64,000 nucleotides of DNA from Nitrososphaerota archaeon (GTDB taxonomy: Archaea > Thermoproteota > Nitrososphaeria > Conexivisphaerales > UBA164): positions 4,990-68,989 of the forward strand of contig JAFLXO010000003.1 of assembly GCA_029786595.1 (NCBI GenBank), given 5' to 3'. Of this stretch, positions 9,232 to 17,825 are shown one piece after another. A program made the position numbers and the translations under genes. The notes below the pieces were generated by a model that worked only from the letters and a program-made list of their open reading frames with translations, was not told the origin of the DNA and searched no databases. Numbering within the stretch: the stretch's first letter is position 1; each line of letters opens with the position of its first letter.

Positions 9232-10038
9232 TTACTGCTCTTTTAGCGCCAACACCGCTGATACTGGGATGCCTTTATTGGTAGCCTTGGATATTGCGTC
9301 ATATATTTCAGGTGTAAGATGACTCCTTGGCGTCCCTTTAGGTATCTCAAGTATTTTCAACATCTGTTTAGTTTGGAACAAACCCCATGTGTCTGACCGG
9401 GTGTAGACAACCCCATCTACGAATACCGCTTCAAGATCTTTCGTATTTATATCAAAACGTACAGCTGATAATGGGGTTTCGATGAACCTGACGACGTCCG
9501 CCTTGGTCATTAAAACTAGATATTTGATGGGAAGTTTCAACGCTGCCGTTATGACATATGGGTTGTAGCTGAAATTATTCCCCGGTGCAGTACCCCAGTC
9601 TGCTAGTCTGATTGTGATTTCTGGACGTTGTAAGGCCAAGACAGTGTTCTTCCGCTTCAGACGGCGTAGAACAGCCAAAGCCCGGTCAATAGCATCTTGC
9701 GTTGGACGAAGGCTGACTTCATCAAGAGTTCCTGATAACACTTGTGCTATGGTTTGTTCCGGGGTACCGTAGTTTACCATGTTGATGAGGGTCGCCAATG
9801 AGGAAGGAACCGACCAAACTTGATATCCACAAGTTCTAGCAGAAGCGGGCCTATCCTTTACAAACATGCCTTTCTTTGTGATAGCCAGGAGTATACGTCC
9901 AGAGAGCGATGCCCCAGGCTTGATACACTCAGTCCGAGTTTCAAATCCGATACCATCCCAGAAGCTTATTTTGATGTTTTCAAAATTATCCGTATTTTTA
10001 ACTATCAATGTTATCTCACTCCTTTCATGCAAGCACAA
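9232..10038 (-). CDS. AL-tail paralog family member (subtype B)
   Basis: 268-aa ORF paralogous to 5594..6349 (GRILLAITKKGMFVKDRPAS..GYQVWSVP..LINMVNYG..PEITIRL). Tail is ISKATNKGIPVSAVLALKEQ. Confidence 0.75.
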   Translation of the reverse strand: MCLHERSEITLIVKNTDNFENIKISFWDGIGFETRTECIKPGASLSGRILLAITKKGMFVKDRPASARTCGYQVWSVPSSLATLINMVNYGTPEQTIAQVLSGTLDEVSLRPTQDAIDRALAVLRRLKRKNTVLALQRPEITIRLADWGTAPGNNFSYNPYVITAALKLPIKYLVLMTKADVVRFIETPLSAVRFDINTKDLEAVFVDGVVYTRSDTWGLFQTKQMLKILEIPKGTPRSHLTPEIYDAISKATNKGIPVSAVLALKEQ

Positions 10039-10113
10039 GCGTATTACAATATACGCAGTTTGTGTTTTCAGCCTATGCTTGTGACTGATTCCTGGGTTAC
10101 TTGCTTTCTTTTA

Positions 10114-10338
10114 TCAACTACGTCCTTTATGATTTGCAGCCGCGCTATCTTCGAGTAGCTGGACGATTCTTCCTATACCCACCAATATAATCCCACTGAC
10201 CATAACTACCACCATTTCTATCTCTTGGCCGGACCCAAACGTATTCCAATTAAACAAATTAAAATAGATTCCGGTCGCGATTGAAATAATTATAAATGCC
10301 ATTCCTATGAAATAGAAGGAAGGGAATGACTCTGTCAT
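10114..10338 (-). CDS. small membrane protein (74 aa, two hydrophobic segments)
   Basis: The ORF is hydrophobic (FYFIGMAFIIISIATGIYF.., VVVMVSGIILVGIG). Its start overlaps the end of 10335..10685 by 4 nt. Confidence 0.5.
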   Translation of the reverse strand: MTESFPSFYFIGMAFIIISIATGIYFNLFNWNTFGSGQEIEMVVVMVSGIILVGIGRIVQLLEDSAAANHKGRS

Positions 10339-10685
10339 CTCTCTGTCGTCTCCAGTCTCCGTTTTGTGCGGACCTCGCCCTTCACACTCATTTCTTTTAT
10401 CATTTCGTCTTTGTGCTGGGCGTAATATACCTCTTCTGCTTCACCACGGAGAATGCGCCAGGCAAAAGGGGCGCCGACCCAGACCTCTTCATCGGGAAGG
10501 CCCCAGTCCTTTGTTCCGACTCTATCCGAATAGATACTTGTAATCCTAAGACCGTATATCTCTAATTTCTCAGAAAAGAGCCCGGTCTTGACCCGTTCCT
10601 TTTCAATCTCCATTGTATAGTCTCGGAGATTATATATCGTTTCCTTTCCATTAATGTAAACGACCAAGGTAGCTTCTTCGCTCAC
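10335..10685 (-). CDS. hypothetical protein
   Basis: 116-aa ORF on the dominant coding strand, with a 4-nt overlap with the downstream gene. Confidence 0.55.
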   Translation of the reverse strand: MSEEATLVVYINGKETIYNLRDYTMEIEKERVKTGLFSEKLEIYGLRITSIYSDRVGTKDWGLPDEEVWVGAPFAWRILRGEAEEVYYAQHKDEMIKEMSVKGEVRTKRRLETTER

Positions 10686-10812
10686 TCAACAAACACCGCC
10701 TGCCTATTTGGCTATGTAGTAACCGTATCATACAACACTTTGCGCCGTGTCCTCAACGGTTTGACCCAGACACAATCGAACCTTTGTTCTGACCAGCCCG
10801 GCACCAGTTTTT

Positions 10813-11181
10813 CTAAAAGAAGGGGTCCAGGCCGTCGTTCGGTATCAGTCCCCAGGACTTCATGTAATGTGAAGACCTGTCCGGGGTCTCAAGACGGCCG
10901 TTCTCATAGAATAGGACCCTGACCGACTGCGCCTTTATGGACTCTAGGGCCGCCTTGAATCTCCCAGGGTTGGTGCTTTTTAGTTTTTTGTTGATGTCAT
11001 CGACAGCCTTTGCTGGGAGGTCCACGATATATACGACGGCATGACGTTGCCTGTTGGCCATGGCCCTCAAGTCTAATGTAAACAGAAGCCCGGCAGTCTC
11101 AGCCCCATTGACATATGGTATAAAGCTTTCGACCCCATGGCAATCTGCGATGCCGAACATCTTTGTTTCCAATCTCATCAC
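10813..11181 (-). CDS. hypothetical protein
   Basis: 122-aa ORF with a 4-nt overlap with the stop of 11178..12191. Confidence 0.55.
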   Translation of the reverse strand: MMRLETKMFGIADCHGVESFIPYVNGAETAGLLFTLDLRAMANRQRHAVVYIVDLPAKAVDDINKKLKSTNPGRFKAALESIKAQSVRVLFYENGRLETPDRSSHYMKSWGLIPNDGLDPFF

Positions 11182-12191
11182 CTCTCTTCGTTATTTGGCG
11201 GGTTTAACGCTATCACAGAAAGTATTGGAAGTTTCTGAGCAACGGCTGTCAGAATGTCTGACCATTCGACATCTCCGTCTTCATTAAAGGAAGCCGAGAT
11301 TACCGAATTGGGTGTTTTCATTATATACGATCCTTCCATTATGGCGAGTGGCCGATCCCTGAACGCGATCTTGATTGCATCGTCTTTATTGAGCTTTTTT
11401 ATGACTTTGGTGATGGTGATAGTATTCCCCTGCAAGATCATGGTCATATCATATGCAGGTGTAAACCAGGACCGTGCCCTTGATTTGACCAGCTTTATTG
11501 CGACGTTCCCGAGCGGGGTCCTACGCGTCAGCTGGCTCCCAGAAACAAGGGCTCTGAACTTCGCTTCAATGACACGTTTCCGTTCTTTTGCCCTTTCTAT
11601 GCTTTTGACCATTTCATCATACCCACCTGGGTTGTCAGGGTCGAACGCCCGGCAGATACCGCCTAATGGGGATTTGCTGGCTGTCAGAATCTTGGCCATG
11701 GCCCCCTGGTCTATCTTCAGTTCAAACATGTCATCAGTGGTGACACCGCATAACGTCGATGCCTTGCCAATGAAGGTAAGGAGGTTCACCAGGCCCTGAC
11801 TTCTGGTCAATGTAATCTTGCCGATGTCGCTAGACCCGGCCTTCAAAGTCACCCTGGTCGCCCGGATGAGCCCAAAATCCAACACTGCGTTTGGCTGGTC
11901 TGTGCTCGGTTCCCTATCAACTATCTTTCTGGCAGCCTTGAACACGACCTTATGTTTCTCCTGATGGTTCGCTGTAACTAGTTTCTTGCCAAGATCGATG
12001 ATCTCTGGGTCAGTGGTCTCGAAGACGTTCTTCTTGACCCGGGTCCCGAACCTGCTTATCAAATATTGTAGAGCCATCCCGCTTGCCCCATCTACAGCTA
12101 CCCAGCCCTTGAATTCTGTGAACACTACCCTCATTGAATTTTTGTTGCCAGGTTCTGAAAGATGTATCTCCACAGTTGCCGTATTGGTCAT
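11178..12191 (-). CDS. AL-tail paralog family member (subtype C)
   Basis: 337-aa ORF paralogous to 6437..7456. Tail is TAVAQKLPILSVIALNPPNNEER. Confidence 0.75.
   Translation of the reverse strand: MTNTATVEIHLSEPGNKNSMRVVFTEFKGWVAVDGASGMALQYLISRFGTRVKKNVFETTDPEIIDLGKKLVTANHQEKHKVVFKAARKIVDREPSTDQPNAVLDFGLIRATRVTLKAGSSDIGKITLTRSQGLVNLLTFIGKASTLCGVTTDDMFELKIDQGAMAKILTASKSPLGGICRAFDPDNPGGYDEMVKSIERAKERKRVIEAKFRALVSGSQLTRRTPLGNVAIKLVKSRARSWFTPAYDMTMILQGNTITITKVIKKLNKDDAIKIAFRDRPLAIMEGSYIMKTPNSVISASFNEDGDVEWSDILTAVAQKLPILSVIALNPPNNEER
11970..12049. repeat. 80-nt tract about 90 percent identical to 7226..7305
   Basis: See 7226..7305; same hand alignment. Confidence 0.8.
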
Positions 12192-12273
12192 TTATATCAC
12201 CTATTCTCTATATCGTTCTTACACTGCTCAGCATCACGACTGCTGGCCGGCTCACCGTTATTTCTTGACAATA

Positions 12274-12891
12274 TCATGTCAACGCCATCGCCGTTTCTAA
12301 TGAAACGTTTTTTGTTATAGCCCGTTCCAGGATGTCGTTGAACGTTGCCTCGTCGAACCCTGCTTTTAGGATGGCCTTATCAGTGATGGCGTCGAGGTGC
12401 AAGGTTTTATCAACCAGTTGGGGTATTATCCAATCCACCCAACTGACATCGACAGCTGGTCCGGAATACATCGCATGGATTTTGGCCGATCCGATAGTCA
12501 ACACCACAGTAATCTTGCCAACATCATACGTACCAGGGTGCACAGGGGAGGTAGACGAGAGGCCATGCTTTATTGTTTCTTTGAATCTGAGTGTAAAGGA
12601 CGCCCCGCTTTCAAACATGTAATTACAACTACCGGTCTCTCTGAGCGTCTTTGTGAGCCTGAGAATTACCTCTTCTTTTGCGAGCTTATAACGTATAGTT
12701 TTGACGATTTCCTTAGGGTCTGAAACGTTGTATGTCCAGCCGTCAAGGCGGTCAGGAGTGACAAATTTCTGTAATGTGTCTGGCAGTGAGTTGAATATGC
12801 CGACCAGCTCATTTTGCTCCTTTTCTGGCAGGGTTATGAACCTGCGCATTTCTGGACTTGCTAGTACGTCTATGAGATTTTTCGCTTGCAT
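12274..12891 (-). CDS. AL-tail family member (tail only, different N-terminal body)
   Basis: 205-aa ORF. Tail is ILERAITKNVSLETAMALT. The start overlaps the 3' end of the phosphatase gene, so it may begin at a downstream Met. Confidence 0.55.
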   Translation of the reverse strand: MQAKNLIDVLASPEMRRFITLPEKEQNELVGIFNSLPDTLQKFVTPDRLDGWTYNVSDPKEIVKTIRYKLAKEEVILRLTKTLRETGSCNYMFESGASFTLRFKETIKHGLSSTSPVHPGTYDVGKITVVLTIGSAKIHAMYSGPAVDVSWVDWIIPQLVDKTLHLDAITDKAILKAGFDEATFNDILERAITKNVSLETAMALT

Positions 12892-13321
12892 GATATAATC
12901 TCCCCCCTTCTGCCGTCTCGATGTCTGCTATGTCCTGTTCTATACTCGACAAGATAGCCCGTCTTGTCCTGTAAAACTGGTATGCCTCCCGGAGAGGCAG
13001 TGCGTTAGTCTTATACAAATAATATATCACAGCCAACGGCGACCGTTCTACACCAGCTGCACAGAAGACGACGACGCTGGACCCTTCTTTATGGTATTTC
13101 TTGATGGTGTCAACCACCCGGTCCAGGGCTGCTACGTCGATGCGGGTATTATTCTCTCTGGTCCTGATCGGGATTATGGTGTCATAAGATAGCCCAGGGA
13201 CGATTTCTGTGGCCCCGAGGACCCCGAGATACCGTACCTGTTCGTTAACGTGCGTCTTCTGGAACTCGATGACGTCCGCAATGCCGCCCTGGGATAAAGA
13301 ATTCGTCACTTTGGTGAGCAA
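12809..13321 (-). CDS. cysteine-dependent (CX5R) protein/polynucleotide phosphatase, dual-specificity-like
   Basis: P-loop signature VVVFCAAGVERSP (C-x5-R-S) sits in a small alpha/beta-sized protein. The track ORF extends to 13465 but overlaps 13324..13548. I placed the start at the TTG at 13321; the start is uncertain. Confidence 0.6.
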   Translation of the reverse strand: MLTKVTNSLSQGGIADVIEFQKTHVNEQVRYLGVLGATEIVPGLSYDTIIPIRTRENNTRIDVAALDRVVDTIKKYHKEGSSVVVFCAAGVERSPLAVIYYLYKTNALPLREAYQFYRTRRAILSSIEQDIADIETAEGGRLYHASEKSHRRTSKSRNAQVHNPARKGAK

Positions 13322-13323
13322 CC

Positions 13324-13548
13324 TCAACCACACCCGAGGGCCTCGATGACGCCTATGATTACCAGAACGACCAGGCCTAGTATCGCTAGGATGACTAAGC
13401 CGAATATAAGGAACTGCCAGAAAATGATTTTGCCGAGAGGTTCCAGTAATATCCCAAACGCCCATCCGCCTAAAAGATAAATCAGCCCTAACCCGCCGGC
13501 AACCAGTAGTAGTAAGATTACTTTGCTTCCTCTTATCACTTTCAACAA
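13324..13548 (-). CDS. small membrane protein (74 aa)
   Basis: Almost entirely hydrophobic (ILLLLVAGGLGLIYLLGGWAFGILL.., FGLVILAILGLVVLVIIGVI). Confidence 0.5.
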   Translation of the reverse strand: MLKVIRGSKVILLLLVAGGLGLIYLLGGWAFGILLEPLGKIIFWQFLIFGLVILAILGLVVLVIIGVIEALGCG

Positions 13549-13747
13549 CCTCCTATATTATCACAAATGCGACGGCTATGTTCCCGTATTTCTTTATCCT
13601 AAGATTCCCAAGTTCAGGACCAAGCCGACCACCCGATAGGCGGTGCGCGTCATGACGATCTTTCTTGCTCCTTTTTGACCTTGGCGAGCTGCCAGCCGCT
13701 ATACGATCATACTGGGTTTGACAGCGTCTAATATGTCCCTGACTCCA

Positions 13748-14011
13748 TTAGTCCACTTCCCCAATTTCTTTATACTGGCCGTTTCTTAATTCGTATATTT
13801 CATGATGAATCCCACATTCATAGATAGGGAAGTCGTCATAAGTTTGGCCGACTAAGATTAGGGCGCTTTCACACGATATAAAGTGCAATCCCGTGAAGAT
13901 TCTTCTGTTTGGATCCATTTCAGTTCCCCCTAAACAATCTTGTTTTCTGCGCGCCAATTCCCTCTTGAACATCAAATTTTTACGAAAGCCTTGCCAGTTT
14001 GCCGCCAGCAC
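13748..14011 (-). CDS. hypothetical protein
   Basis: 87-aa ORF on the coding strand. Confidence 0.45.
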   Translation of the reverse strand: MLAANWQGFRKNLMFKRELARRKQDCLGGTEMDPNRRIFTGLHFISCESALILVGQTYDDFPIYECGIHHEIYELRNGQYKEIGEVD

Positions 14012-14023
14012 CAGCTGCTTATG

Positions 14024-14368
14024 TCATTCAGCATCAGGCCTTTCTATTTCGAATGTAAACCCGCCCTTTAACAACCCCCGCCATTCTTCAAGTAAGTTTG
14101 CCAGGCCGTTCCCAAAAAACACGCTGTCGTACCTCGGGTTCTGGGGGTTAAACGACACCTTGAAGGTTATGGTTTCATGCGGGGTCAAGACCTCGTACTC
14201 ATCTTCCCCTTCTATTATTGGGACCATCCCGGCAGCTTCCCATTTCACCAGGATTCTAGTTCCGTCGACAAGTATAACCATCCCAATGTCTCCGATCTTG
14301 ACCTCAGAATATTCGTTTGTCGTTTTTGTAAGTTTTATCCTGTCACCTATGGACACCACGTGCATCAC
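14024..14368 (-). CDS. hypothetical protein
   Basis: 114-aa ORF closely spaced with its neighbours. Confidence 0.55.
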   Translation of the reverse strand: MMHVVSIGDRIKLTKTTNEYSEVKIGDIGMVILVDGTRILVKWEAAGMVPIIEGEDEYEVLTPHETITFKVSFNPQNPRYDSVFFGNGLANLLEEWRGLLKGGFTFEIERPDAE

Positions 14369-14371
14369 CTC

Positions 14372-14779
14372 TTATACGATGATAAACACCACTGTAATTG
14401 CCCCGTATTGTTTTTTGTAGGATTGAAAATTAAGCTTGTACAGCAGGAGGCTCGGGTTAAAATCAAACTCTTGATAGGCGAAACGGTGGAGCACCGCAAT
14501 AGCCTCTTCTTTTGCCTTTGCACTGGTTCTTGTTAATAACAAGACAGTTTGTATTGGGTTTATATTTGACGGTATTTTGACCAGAGGGGATATTATTATG
14601 GTATATGACGGTATTTCGTCAGATAGCGCTGCCCGTGCCTCTGGAGGCAGTATGTATTCTGGGGCGTTGCGTTTTAAGAACTGCGCAAAGTCTGCTCTGA
14701 CAAAATCAGTCGCCGTGTTATGTTTGAGTTCTTTCACGATGTCCTCGACTTCGTTGAGTATACGTTTCTTTGTTAGCAC
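14372..14779 (-). CDS. hypothetical protein, small paralog set 2
   Basis: 135 aa. The N-terminus ILNEVEDIVKELKHNT..FAQFLKRNAP..AALSDEIPSYTIIISP resembles 19707..20135 and 14805..15218. Confidence 0.55.
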   Translation of the reverse strand: MLTKKRILNEVEDIVKELKHNTATDFVRADFAQFLKRNAPEYILPPEARAALSDEIPSYTIIISPLVKIPSNINPIQTVLLLTRTSAKAKEEAIAVLHRFAYQEFDFNPSLLLYKLNFQSYKKQYGAITVVFIIV

Positions 14780-14804
14780 CCAATCTTCACCCCATTGCTG
14801 GTTT

Positions 14805-15218
14805 TTAAGGCTTTCCTATCATTAAGAAGAAATATCCTGTGTTGTAGACGGGTCCGTAAAGAAGGTAAAAAGTTGGGGTATCCATCAGTTTGAATCCTAA
14901 TTTTTTACAGGCGAGATTGATGATTGGGTTAATCCGGCCGGGTTTCACAGTTGGATGAGCCCATGTTGAGAAGCTAGTCGGGTTGCAATCCATGGCGATG
15001 AAGGCCTCAAACGAGATTTCTGCCGCTAATCTATGTTTGTTTACATATGAGCTGAACGCTTCATGGTTATAATCAATGACGAACCCGGCCTTCTCTAATC
15101 TTCTTATTATGGTCTCGACTCGGGCTACCAGAGGATCCTTTTTCATGTTGGTTGACATTTTATCTCCCATGATCCTAATATAACCCCGACCGCCCGTGAC
15201 CATGATACCCCTTTTCAT
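14805..15218 (-). CDS. hypothetical protein, small paralog set 2
   Basis: 137-aa ORF. LVARVETIIRRLEKAGFVIDYNHEAFSSYVNKHRL resembles the N-termini of 14372..14779 and 19707..20135. The true start may be an internal Met. Confidence 0.5.
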   Translation of the reverse strand: MKRGIMVTGGRGYIRIMGDKMSTNMKKDPLVARVETIIRRLEKAGFVIDYNHEAFSSYVNKHRLAAEISFEAFIAMDCNPTSFSTWAHPTVKPGRINPIINLACKKLGFKLMDTPTFYLLYGPVYNTGYFFLMIGKP

Positions 15219-15289
15219 TAGTAGCTAGCAAAAAAGAACGCCAGTATTCTAGCAGGTGCGGCTGTACCCTCGCCTCCAATGTCGATTAC

Positions 15290-15508
15290 CTAGACAGCCC
15301 TATGTTTAGTCTTCATGATATGCTCCGTCGCGAGATTCATCTTGCCGAGCAGCCAATTTGACCCACATTGGAGGGTCCTAGCACCATGTTTTGGCCGTAT
15401 CAACAACACCAAGCCTAACATCCCAAACAACACCAGCAACAGGACGGCCGCGTTTGTCCAGACCATGATCCAGAACAGCCTATCTATATATCTTCTCATC
15501 CCTGACAC
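15290..15508 (-). CDS. small membrane protein (72 aa)
   Basis: Has a hydrophobic segment (LFWIMVWTNAAVLLLVLFGMLGLVLLI). Confidence 0.45.
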   Translation of the reverse strand: MSGMRRYIDRLFWIMVWTNAAVLLLVLFGMLGLVLLIRPKHGARTLQCGSNWLLGKMNLATEHIMKTKHRAV

Positions 15509-16283
15509 CTCCTAAAAGAGACTTTATTAACCTGTCATACAGCGCTGGGTCTATATCTGGATCTGACTTGCTGGACGAGAATACGGTGTCGGCCCCGAGG
15601 TATTCCACAATGCTAGCTGGGGCAAATACACCATCTGTGAAGTCGAGGACCTTAAACCTATATCTCCCGGTTTCTAACCACGAATCGTAGTCTTCCAGTA
15701 CCTCTTCTTCGTTTAAGTATGTTTTCGGTGTCACGAGCCCATAGAAATGGTATGGTTCGTCTGTGGCCCCACCAAGACCGGGATAGACGGTTTTTTCATT
15801 CAACCCGACTTTGCCTTTGACGATTTTGACGCGTTCTGGGTCAATCAGCCCCCAGTCCCAGATGAATTTGATGACAGTGCTGGTTATCTTCAGATCGTCC
15901 TCTATTTTTGGCCTTGGGAAGGTGGTATTAACAACCGTCTGTATGGTCGCCACCGTCTTTGACGATAGCCGGACCTTTCTAGTGTTACCGGCCGCCATCT
16001 GCCTCAACCGTTCTGTTGTATATATGGCCTTAGACGACACCCAGAAGTCATCGGCTGCCTTGCCAGGTAAGGCCGCCTGGGCAGTGGCTGTCAGGCTCCT
16101 GACTATGAAACGTGTTGGAGACTCCTTTCCGACCACGCGCATGATATTATCTAGGTTGTATGCCCCAGTCGAACCGAATGTGTCGTGACCATATCCAGTG
16201 CCACGGACGAGCACAATTTGGCCCACTTTAACGTCGTTTACCGCGGCCAGGTTAATCATCTTCATCATTGAAAAACTCCACAC
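15480..16283 (-). CDS. hypothetical protein
   Basis: 267-aa ORF with no motif I recognise. Confidence 0.6.
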   Translation of the reverse strand: MWSFSMMKMINLAAVNDVKVGQIVLVRGTGYGHDTFGSTGAYNLDNIMRVVGKESPTRFIVRSLTATAQAALPGKAADDFWVSSKAIYTTERLRQMAAGNTRKVRLSSKTVATIQTVVNTTFPRPKIEDDLKITSTVIKFIWDWGLIDPERVKIVKGKVGLNEKTVYPGLGGATDEPYHFYGLVTPKTYLNEEEVLEDYDSWLETGRYRFKVLDFTDGVFAPASIVEYLGADTVFSSSKSDPDIDPALYDRLIKSLLGGVRDEKIYR

Positions 16284-16560
16284 TCTTGATGAAACTGAGT
16301 CTTATATCCTTAAACCAGACGCTACGCGTTTCCCACCCACCGTCAGAATTTAAGACGGCCCATTTTGCGGTGTCCTCGTTTCGATAACCGACGAGGCATG
16401 CCTCACCATCTTCTGTCGTGTTGACTAAGACATAGGCCGTATCGGGCTGAAAAACTCCTAGGTCCATATCTCTTATGTCATCCTTGAACTCGCGTTCAAC
16501 GTATTTGACAAGGTTCGGCCAGTCGGCCTCCAACTTAGTGTATATTGATTCTTTATTCAT
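16252..16560 (-). CDS. hypothetical protein, small paralog set 3
   Basis: 102 aa. YTKLEADWPNLVKYVEREF..DIRDMDLGVFQPD..GEACLVGYRNEDTAKWAVL aligns with 39463..39765. Confidence 0.6.
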   Translation of the reverse strand: MNKESIYTKLEADWPNLVKYVEREFKDDIRDMDLGVFQPDTAYVLVNTTEDGEACLVGYRNEDTAKWAVLNSDGGWETRSVWFKDIRLSFIKSVEFFNDEDD

Positions 16561-16615
16561 GAATGTTACCCCCTGTAATAAACACGTACATAACCCCGAT
16601 ACCGAGGCTGCTATG

Positions 16616-17296
16616 TTATATCATTTGAGCCGTATCAGATAGGCTTAACCGGTTCATCTTTCGCCCCTTACGTTTGGACCAGTGGCCGGCCAGCTCTATA
16701 CCGGCGATAAACTCATGCCTCACGATCTTGCCACGCACCCCGTTGCCAAAGTTCTTGATGACCACTCCCTCAGCAGGTTCAGACCCGAACGTACTTATCC
16801 GCCTAGAGTCGATGAACCGCTTTATGACTTCGTCTAGTTGTGTAACCCCCCTGAACAACACTGGGGTATGCGGTATACCGAACTGTCGGCATATCTGAAG
16901 CTGTTCGTCTATGCCCAGGAAAACGTTGTTTGACAGGTCAAATAAGTCCCAGGCGACATACCAGGCCGGAAGTTTCGTATATGTGATGGAATGGACATAT
17001 TTCATATATTCTCCGCCCACTACGAGCTTGCGCCCGTCGATGGTTAATATCCGGCAATCTTGGCCCCCGTCTATCTTCTCTTCAATAACGACTTCTCCTT
17101 CGAACAGTTTGGCGGTCTCTGATTCTGTCAGATATCGTTTGGTGGTTATCTGTGTGCCTACCGGGACACGTTTGATTTTAAACCTGTTTGGATACGCTGG
17201 GTAGTTCAGCATAAAACTCATGTCTTTCACCTCTTTAACTTTGTGCTGTGCTGGTTCGTCTATGACCCGGGTGTTGCTGGAAGCCTCTTTAAGCAT
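16616..17296 (-). CDS. ATP-dependent RNA ligase-like nucleotidyltransferase
   Basis: Ordered ligase motifs are present: I EEKIDGGQ, III GGEY, IIIa LFDL, IV EGVVIKN, V GKIVRHEF. Confidence 0.6.
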   Translation of the reverse strand: MLKEASSNTRVIDEPAQHKVKEVKDMSFMLNYPAYPNRFKIKRVPVGTQITTKRYLTESETAKLFEGEVVIEEKIDGGQDCRILTIDGRKLVVGGEYMKYVHSITYTKLPAWYVAWDLFDLSNNVFLGIDEQLQICRQFGIPHTPVLFRGVTQLDEVIKRFIDSRRISTFGSEPAEGVVIKNFGNGVRGKIVRHEFIAGIELAGHWSKRKGRKMNRLSLSDTAQMI

Positions 17297-17482
17297 CTAC
17301 CTGATTGGCTTTATTCTGAACGGGGCGTCCTCAAAATAACACCCGTCGTCAAAAGCCCCAGAAGTCGCGGCTTCTAGTGCATAAGTCTTCCCATTTAGTG
17401 CCTCTATGGTCAATGTATTACGTGCCGCATCTACACCGATTATCTTCCCACCGTTCAAGTCATCTAGCCTTGTGATTTTCAT
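17297..17482 (-). CDS. small hypothetical protein, paralog set 4
   Basis: 61 aa. MKITRLDDLNGGKIIGVD..NTLTIEALNGKTY resembles the N-terminus of 24634..24954. Confidence 0.45.
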   Translation of the reverse strand: MKITRLDDLNGGKIIGVDAARNTLTIEALNGKTYALEAATSGAFDDGCYFEDAPFRIKPIR

Positions 17483-17600
17483 ATATTTCCCTCCTCAAAG
17501 TAAACAAATTCCAGGTTTATGGGGTCATCCCATAGATATGGTGTTATCTGCCACCTGAGGTTACAGATCAGTATGACGTTCGATACTTGGTTCTTTTGGA

Positions 17601-17813
17601 TTAGTTGATTACCCCAGCATCCCATAATATCCCGTCTATGATGCGTATGGCCTTGTAATTCACTTCTCTTAAAAACGCGGTTGTCTCCTTGTCAAGGTTA
17701 TATCGAGATGCTAGGTCTTTCAACCCGTCATTGACCGCCTTAAGTGACCGTTGGATATCACGATACATTGCTATGTCATCTTCTATGTCCATCGGCTCAT
17801 CTTCTATGTCCAT
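17601..17813 (-). CDS. small acidic hypothetical protein
   Basis: 70 aa. The N-terminus MDIEDEPMDIEDD is encoded by a tandem duplication. Confidence 0.45.
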   Translation of the reverse strand: MDIEDEPMDIEDDIAMYRDIQRSLKAVNDGLKDLASRYNLDKETTAFLREVNYKAIRIIDGILWDAGVIN

Positions 17814-17814
17814 C
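17776..17814. repeat. tandem direct repeat, exact 18-mer tcatcttctatgtccatc twice with 21-nt period
   Basis: Copies lie at 17776..17793 and 17797..17814, separated by ggc. The repeat encodes MDIED(E/D) twice and provides two in-frame ATGs. Confidence 0.9.
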
Positions 17815-17825
17815 TTCTCACCATC

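Noticed and set aside
12809-13465. 218-aa version of the phosphatase ORF
   Set aside because: The N-terminal extension overlaps the hydrophobic small gene 13324..13548 and looks non-protein-like (Arg/Gly/His-rich). I shortened it to an alternative start near 13321.
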